From Magallana gigas (lineage: Eukaryota), in assembly GCF_963853765.1 (NCBI RefSeq), contig NC_088854.1, positions 38,812,001-38,876,000 of the forward strand: DNA of 64,000 nucleotides, written 5' to 3'. Under the pieces are notes generated by a model. It had not been told where the DNA came from. It searched no databases and saw only the letters and a program-made list of their open reading frames with translations. This document shows positions 63,101 to 64,000 of the stretch, one piece after another. Each line of letters starts with the position of its first letter. The stretch's first letter is position 1. The position numbers and the translations under genes are program-made.

Positions 63101-64000
63101 GTTGAGGGTTCCACCGAGGGCCGACTTCTGTTTATCTCTCTGCCTCTCGGTCCTTCCCATTAAAGATCCCGATCTTGTAGGAGGCATCGCGATTAATTTG
63201 TTTACCCTGTCTTATGAAGGGAGGGGATGACAACTTTCACTCATTCTCCTCTGCATTTACTTACACCCTAAACCAGTTTCTACGTCCACAAATAAATAAA
63301 CGAGGAATGTTTGGAACTATAATTGTCGTTTAGCAAGATACCTGTTAATCTTTAATGTCAGAAAACGAAATTGCATAAATGTGTTGCCTATTACAAATAT
63401 GATGTTTGGGACTGTTCTTCTTCTTAAAAATGCATTTTTAAAAACATAGCCTGACCTTCTTGCAATATTTGCTCAATATATCTTCATCCTCTAGAATCGC
63501 GGGATGTAAGGTCTTACTCATTGTTTGACGTGCGGCAATAGCAGTTTAAATTTGTTGATATTTTTCCCTGTTGTCAAATTTTTGAGAAACAATTAAATTA
63601 CGTTACTTTTGAAATTCGATCAGAATTGATTTAAATCGATTTAACTTAATCTATAACGCAGCGTATTTCTTAAAGAAGTGTACTTATATTTTCAAAATAT
63701 ACAGTTCCTAAAGGTGAAGAAGATAAAAAAAAAATGTACAAGTACACTCGGGTTGATATGTACTAAAATAGAACTAAACACCCGGCAAAGCAAGAACGCT
63801 TTGATCCTAAATGAATTTTTAGCCAAAACCTCTACATGTATTTACTGTTGCCATTTTAACTGAAGGTTGCGAAGATTGTGGGTAATTGGCCCATAAAACT
63901 AATCAGATAAGTGTTTTCCTGGTCGTAGATTGGCGTGACATAAAATTATGCTGTTTTCCTTCAGCTTAACTTTAGTTTTCTATAAATAACTGCAACATAC

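Noticed and set aside
60853-63863. Short ORFs at the right end (e.g. 61428-61646, 61453-61737, 62677-62895)
   Set aside because: No domain signal; they lie in or beyond the inferred first intron of the three-finger gene and look like chance ORFs.

Overview
AT-rich eukaryotic genomic DNA, most likely a bivalve (oyster-like, inferred from the Cg170-type satellite/Helentron repeats and the gene content). Four things dominate the window. (1) The 5' eight coding exons of TBC1D13 on the minus strand (191-8860, continuing off the left edge), with an intronless alpha-type nicotinic acetylcholine receptor ORF (1647-3173, +) nested antisense inside one intron. (2) A tandem array of three 20-exon paralogues on the plus strand encoding secreted VWDE-like proteins: signal peptide, D8C/D10C, VWD with GDPH, furin site, EGF, and a C-terminal 10-Cys module. 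Copy A (12954-22989) and copy B (24269-36569) are intact by my exon-by-exon phase check. Copy C (38807-53454) is a B-promoter/A-body mosaic with a 1-nt frameshift and loss of exons 13 to most of 15 next to a one-ended transposon. (3) A minus-strand gene (56083 to about 63100) for an approximately 1019-aa modular secreted protein: 12-Cys Ly6/uPAR three-finger domain, KPPTGG decapeptide repeats, Gly/Asn repeats, a His/Cys motif, a Thr-rich mucin tract, and a second 12-Cys three-finger domain with no GPI tail. (4) Many non-autonomous transposons (TA-TSD MITEs, a Helitron, Helentrons with satellite, a 1-kb foldback element, palindromic elements, an RTE LINE fragment), microsatellites and a 149-N gap. 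Gene models were built by hand from splice signals, reading phase and paralogue comparison; no database search was run.
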